Origin: a virus
Virus record (IMG/VR): IMGVR_UViG_3300019487_000051
Coordinates: 1-43,094 of that record
Direction: 5' to 3' (one strand)
DNA: 43,094 nt
Part shown: piece by piece, positions 41,229-43,094 of the stretch
Position numbering within the stretch: the first letter of the stretch is position 1
Layout: every line of letters starts with the position of its first letter
Made by a program: the position numbers and the translations under genes
The notes under the pieces: generated by a model
The model's database searches: none
Seen by the model: only the letters and a program-made list of their open reading frames with translations
Told to the model about the DNA's origin: nothing

Positions 41229-41257
41229 GTTGACATTCACTTTAGAGTGTTATATAA
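41229..41257 (+). promoter_or_regulatory. Consensus sigma70 promoter P3
   Basis: TTGACA (41229-41234), 17-nt spacer, TATAAT (41252-41257). Two TCATTGAAAT boxes lie 30 bp apart just upstream (41184, 41214). Confidence 0.7.
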
Positions 41258-41328
41258 TACGGGTAGGCTTGAAACAAGCAACAGAGACAGAAGGTGGTAA
41301 CCCCACCAAACAACAAAGGAGAGCCAAC

Positions 41329-41619
41329 ATGGCGAATATCGAAATCGATGTCGACGCGATCAAAAGCGAGGTAAGTGCGCTGAGCAAGGAGCAGTTGGAA
41401 GAGCAGGTGTTGAAACTGCGCACGAGACAGAAAATCCAGCAGAAGCGCAACTACGGTTCGGACAAGCAGAAAGAATACCAGTTGAAACAACGTGAGAAGC
41501 GGTCGTTGCTCATCGCTCGCGCGAAGGAACTTGGGATCTTTGACGAGATCGATCGCAAGGCGAACGAGGCCGCGGAGGAGAAGCTGGCGGAGGAAACGGC
41601 GGACGAAGACGCCGCGTAG
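41329..41619 (+). CDS. Early coiled-coil, acidic-tailed protein
   Basis: ATG 41329 with AAAGGAG RBS. The ORF-track start at 41230 lies inside promoter P3 and is rejected. Confidence 0.5.
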   Translation: MANIEIDVDAIKSEVSALSKEQLEEQVLKLRTRQKIQQKRNYGSDKQKEYQLKQREKRSLLIARAKELGIFDEIDRKANEAAEEKLAEETADEDAA

Positions 41620-41660
41620 AGGCAGTAGCAACCCTTCCGTTTGAAAGGAGGTGATTGGAA

Positions 41661-41897
41661 TTGGCTCAAACGGGGTGGAAGAAACGTAAAGATGGAGAGG
41701 ATGCGGTAGGACACATCACAGTCAAAACCAAAACGAACAAAGCAGGTTTGGCCGCATACGACGAAGACGGCGATGAGGTCTACGGAGGCACTTGGGGTGA
41801 GCAAGCTCCTGAAGGAGTTTTTGACCTCCTCAAGAAAGTCGCGGCTGATGTAACCGCTGTCAGGGAGATACTTGAACGGAGTTTGAGGTTTGAGTGA
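41661..41897 (+). CDS. Early protein, function unknown
   Basis: In-frame TTG 41661 lies 9 nt after AAGGAGG. TTG 41655 is the ORF-track alternative. Confidence 0.4.
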   Translation: MAQTGWKKRKDGEDAVGHITVKTKTNKAGLAAYDEDGDEVYGGTWGEQAPEGVFDLLKKVAADVTAVREILERSLRFE

Positions 41898-41905
41898 AAC
41901 GTTTG

Positions 41906-41935
41906 GGGAGCGTTGATAGAAGCGGCAACGCTCCC
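41906..41935 (+). promoter_or_regulatory. 10-bp perfect hairpin between early ORFs
   Basis: gggagcgttg (41906-41915) / caacgctccc (41926-41935). Flanked by ttt upstream and aaaaa downstream, so it is not a canonical terminator on either strand. Confidence 0.35.
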
Positions 41936-41949
41936 AAAAAGGAGGTAGG

Positions 41950-42045
41950 GTGAAAAACATCTTCTACACGATCCTCAGCATCGCTATCGCGGTTGTCACA
42001 ATCAACTGTTTGGAAATCGCGATAAAATTCCTATTCGTGAGGTAG
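41950..42045 (+). CDS. Possible 31-aa single-pass membrane peptide
   Basis: GTG 41950 follows AAAGGAGG. Translation MKNIFYTILSIAIAVVTINCLEIAIKFLFVR. Below the ORF-track size cutoff. Confidence 0.3.
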   Translation: MKNIFYTILSIAIAVVTINCLEIAIKFLFVR

Positions 42046-42051
42046 GTACCT

Positions 42052-42288
42052 ATGATCCAACCATATCAGCAACGAATGATAGACGAACTGAAGGAGTTGC
42101 AAGAACGTTTGACGAAACTGCTAGTGTTCCTCGGTGATGAGGTGTTTACCAAGCTACCAACAAAAGAGAAAGCCCTCCTAGTAGCGCAAGCCACCACGAT
42201 GCGTCGGTATGCAGGGATCCTAGACAGACGAATCAAGCAATTCCGAGCAAGGAGGGCGAATGATCAGCAATTCAAGGAGGGCGAATGA
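42052..42288 (+). CDS. Small helical phage protein
   Basis: 78 aa; MIDELKELQERLTKLLVFLGDEVFTKLPTKEKALLVAQATTMRRYAGILDRRI. Its stop overlaps the exonuclease ATG (ATGA, 42285-42288). No family recognised with confidence. Confidence 0.5.
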   Translation: MIQPYQQRMIDELKELQERLTKLLVFLGDEVFTKLPTKEKALLVAQATTMRRYAGILDRRIKQFRARRANDQQFKEGE

Positions 42289-42295
42289 TCAGCAA
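42248..42295 (+). repeat. Tandem duplication (23-nt perfect copies, 25-nt period) of the RBS plus start region caaggagggcgaatgatcagcaa
   Basis: Copies at 42248-42270 and 42273-42295. Each carries AAGGAGG and an ATG (42260 and 42285). Confidence 0.9.
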
Positions 42296-43094
42296 CTATA
42301 GTCGGATAAAGGAATTCCGGCTCTGCAAACGCAAAGACTACTTCTCCCGCGTGAAACGATGGACGAGTTCAACCCCAAGGCTCGAGCTCGACTACGGTAC
42401 GGCAATCCACACCGCCATTCCAACCTGGTTTCAGACAAAGAGCGTTGACAAAGCCTGCGCGGCTTTCGACGAGTCGTTCAACAAATACCTCGAAAACCCA
42501 TACCTGCTTCCCGAGCAACAAGATGAAGGTCTCGCTATGCAGAGACTAGGTCATTTGTCTATTCAAAGCTACTGTGAGACCTGGAAGGAAGATTTCACGT
42601 TGATCTTCCCGGAATACCAGAGCAAAGCGCCTCTGTTAGACGGGAAGCACGAGCTGGCTTTCCGCACAGATGCAGTGATAAGCGTTGGTGGAGCGTTGTG
42701 GTTGCTTGAGAGAAAAACACTGAGCAAAAGCATCAGCGTTAACACGATCATCGAGAGTTTCGCGATCGATGAGCAACCGACCGCGTACATTATCGGGTTG
42801 AGGAAGAAAACCGGCTTGCCAATCACCGGTTTCATCTTAGAGATTGTACGCAAAACAACCATCCCAGAGATCATCCGAGAAGCTATCGTACGCTCAGCGG
42901 AACAACTTTACGACACTGAACTCGGCCTTTACGAAACCATCGACGAGATGGAACAAAGAGACAAAGAACTTGAACATAAGAAAGCGGTGATGACTATCGG
43001 AGATGAAAACGAAGAGGTCGTAACCAAACGTCTCTATCCGAAAACCACCGGGACTGCCAGCTGCTACCAATTCTTCCGGCCGTGTTTGTTTCTC
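42285..43094 (+). CDS. PD-(D/E)XK Cas4/RecB-like exonuclease. It runs off the window end and continues at 124-246 after circularisation.
   Basis: ATG 42285 is preceded by AAGGAGG. Nuclease motif RTDAV...LWLLERKT (D...ExK). N-terminal Cys (RLCKRK) plus C-terminal CYQFFRPCLFLQHC, typical of Fe-S Cas4-like phage exonucleases. The frame is continuous with ORF 16-246. Confidence 0.6.
   Translation, partial: MISNYSRIKEFRLCKRKDYFSRVKRWTSSTPRLELDYGTAIHTAIPTWFQTKSVDKACAAFDESFNKYLENPYLLPEQQDEGLAMQRLGHLSIQSYCETWKEDFTLIFPEYQSKAPLLDGKHELAFRTDAVISVGGALWLLERKTLSKSISVNTIIESFAIDEQPTAYIIGLRKKTGLPITGFILEIVRKTTIPEIIREAIVRSAEQLYDTELGLYETIDEMEQRDKELEHKKAVMTIGDENEEVVTKRLYPKTTGTASCYQFFRPCLFL
42972..43094. repeat. 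Second copy of the 123-bp terminal overlap
   Basis: Identical to 1-123. Confidence 0.95.

Noticed and set aside
41230-41328. ORF-track start at 41230 for the 129-aa ORF
   Set aside because: That stretch contains the consensus TTGACA-17-TATAAT promoter P3. The transcript would start downstream of it. ATG 41329 with an AAAGGAG RBS is used instead.

Overview
This window is a complete tailed-phage (Caudoviricetes) genome assembled as a circle. Bases 1-123 are identical to 42972-43094, and the repeat lies inside an ORF that reads through the junction, so the unique length is 42971 bp. The genome has two arms. The plus-strand arm runs from about 39.55 kb, through the junction, to 11.6 kb. It opens with a roughly 2.7-kb early region holding near-consensus sigma70-type promoters, small ORFs and dense repeats. 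It then encodes recombination functions (Cas4-like exonuclease, Sak4-like ATPase, DUF669-like protein), replication functions (a family A DNA polymerase with a UDG-like N-terminus, split into two genes, and a P-loop ATPase) and a dispersed 7-deazaguanine gene set (queC, folE, a small TGT-fold DpdA-like gene, queE, queD), plus a DUF5664/MazG-like NTP pyrophosphohydrolase and a GroES-like gene. The minus-strand arm runs from 39.39 kb down to 11.66 kb. It is driven by a near-consensus promoter and encodes TerS, TerL, a GC-richer fibre/beta-helix cassette, portal, scaffold, capsid, tail and fibre proteins, a GNAT, two Gln/Gly/Ala-rich low-complexity proteins, a 1794-aa HEXXH-containing giant protein, an M15 endolysin and a GTA-type holin. 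The arms converge on a 17-bp-stem bidirectional hairpin at 11610-11653. I found no integrase, repressor, phage RNA polymerase, tRNA or CRISPR array. Six items most deserve follow-up: (1) the predicted preQ0-type DNA hypermodification system with a very small divergent DpdA candidate, a non-canonical QueE and an associated NTP pyrophosphohydrolase; (2) a roughly 450-bp non-coding imperfect palindrome whose core is built from iteron-like 10-mers, (TA)11, (CT)15 and (ACACAT)3; (3) a TCATTGA motif heavily over-represented around the early and late promoters; (4) the DNA polymerase split exactly before motif A by a 0.64-kb insert; (5) the giant metallopeptidase-motif virion protein; (6) the fibre/beta-helix cassette between terminase and portal. 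All functional calls come from motif recognition by eye. No database search was run.
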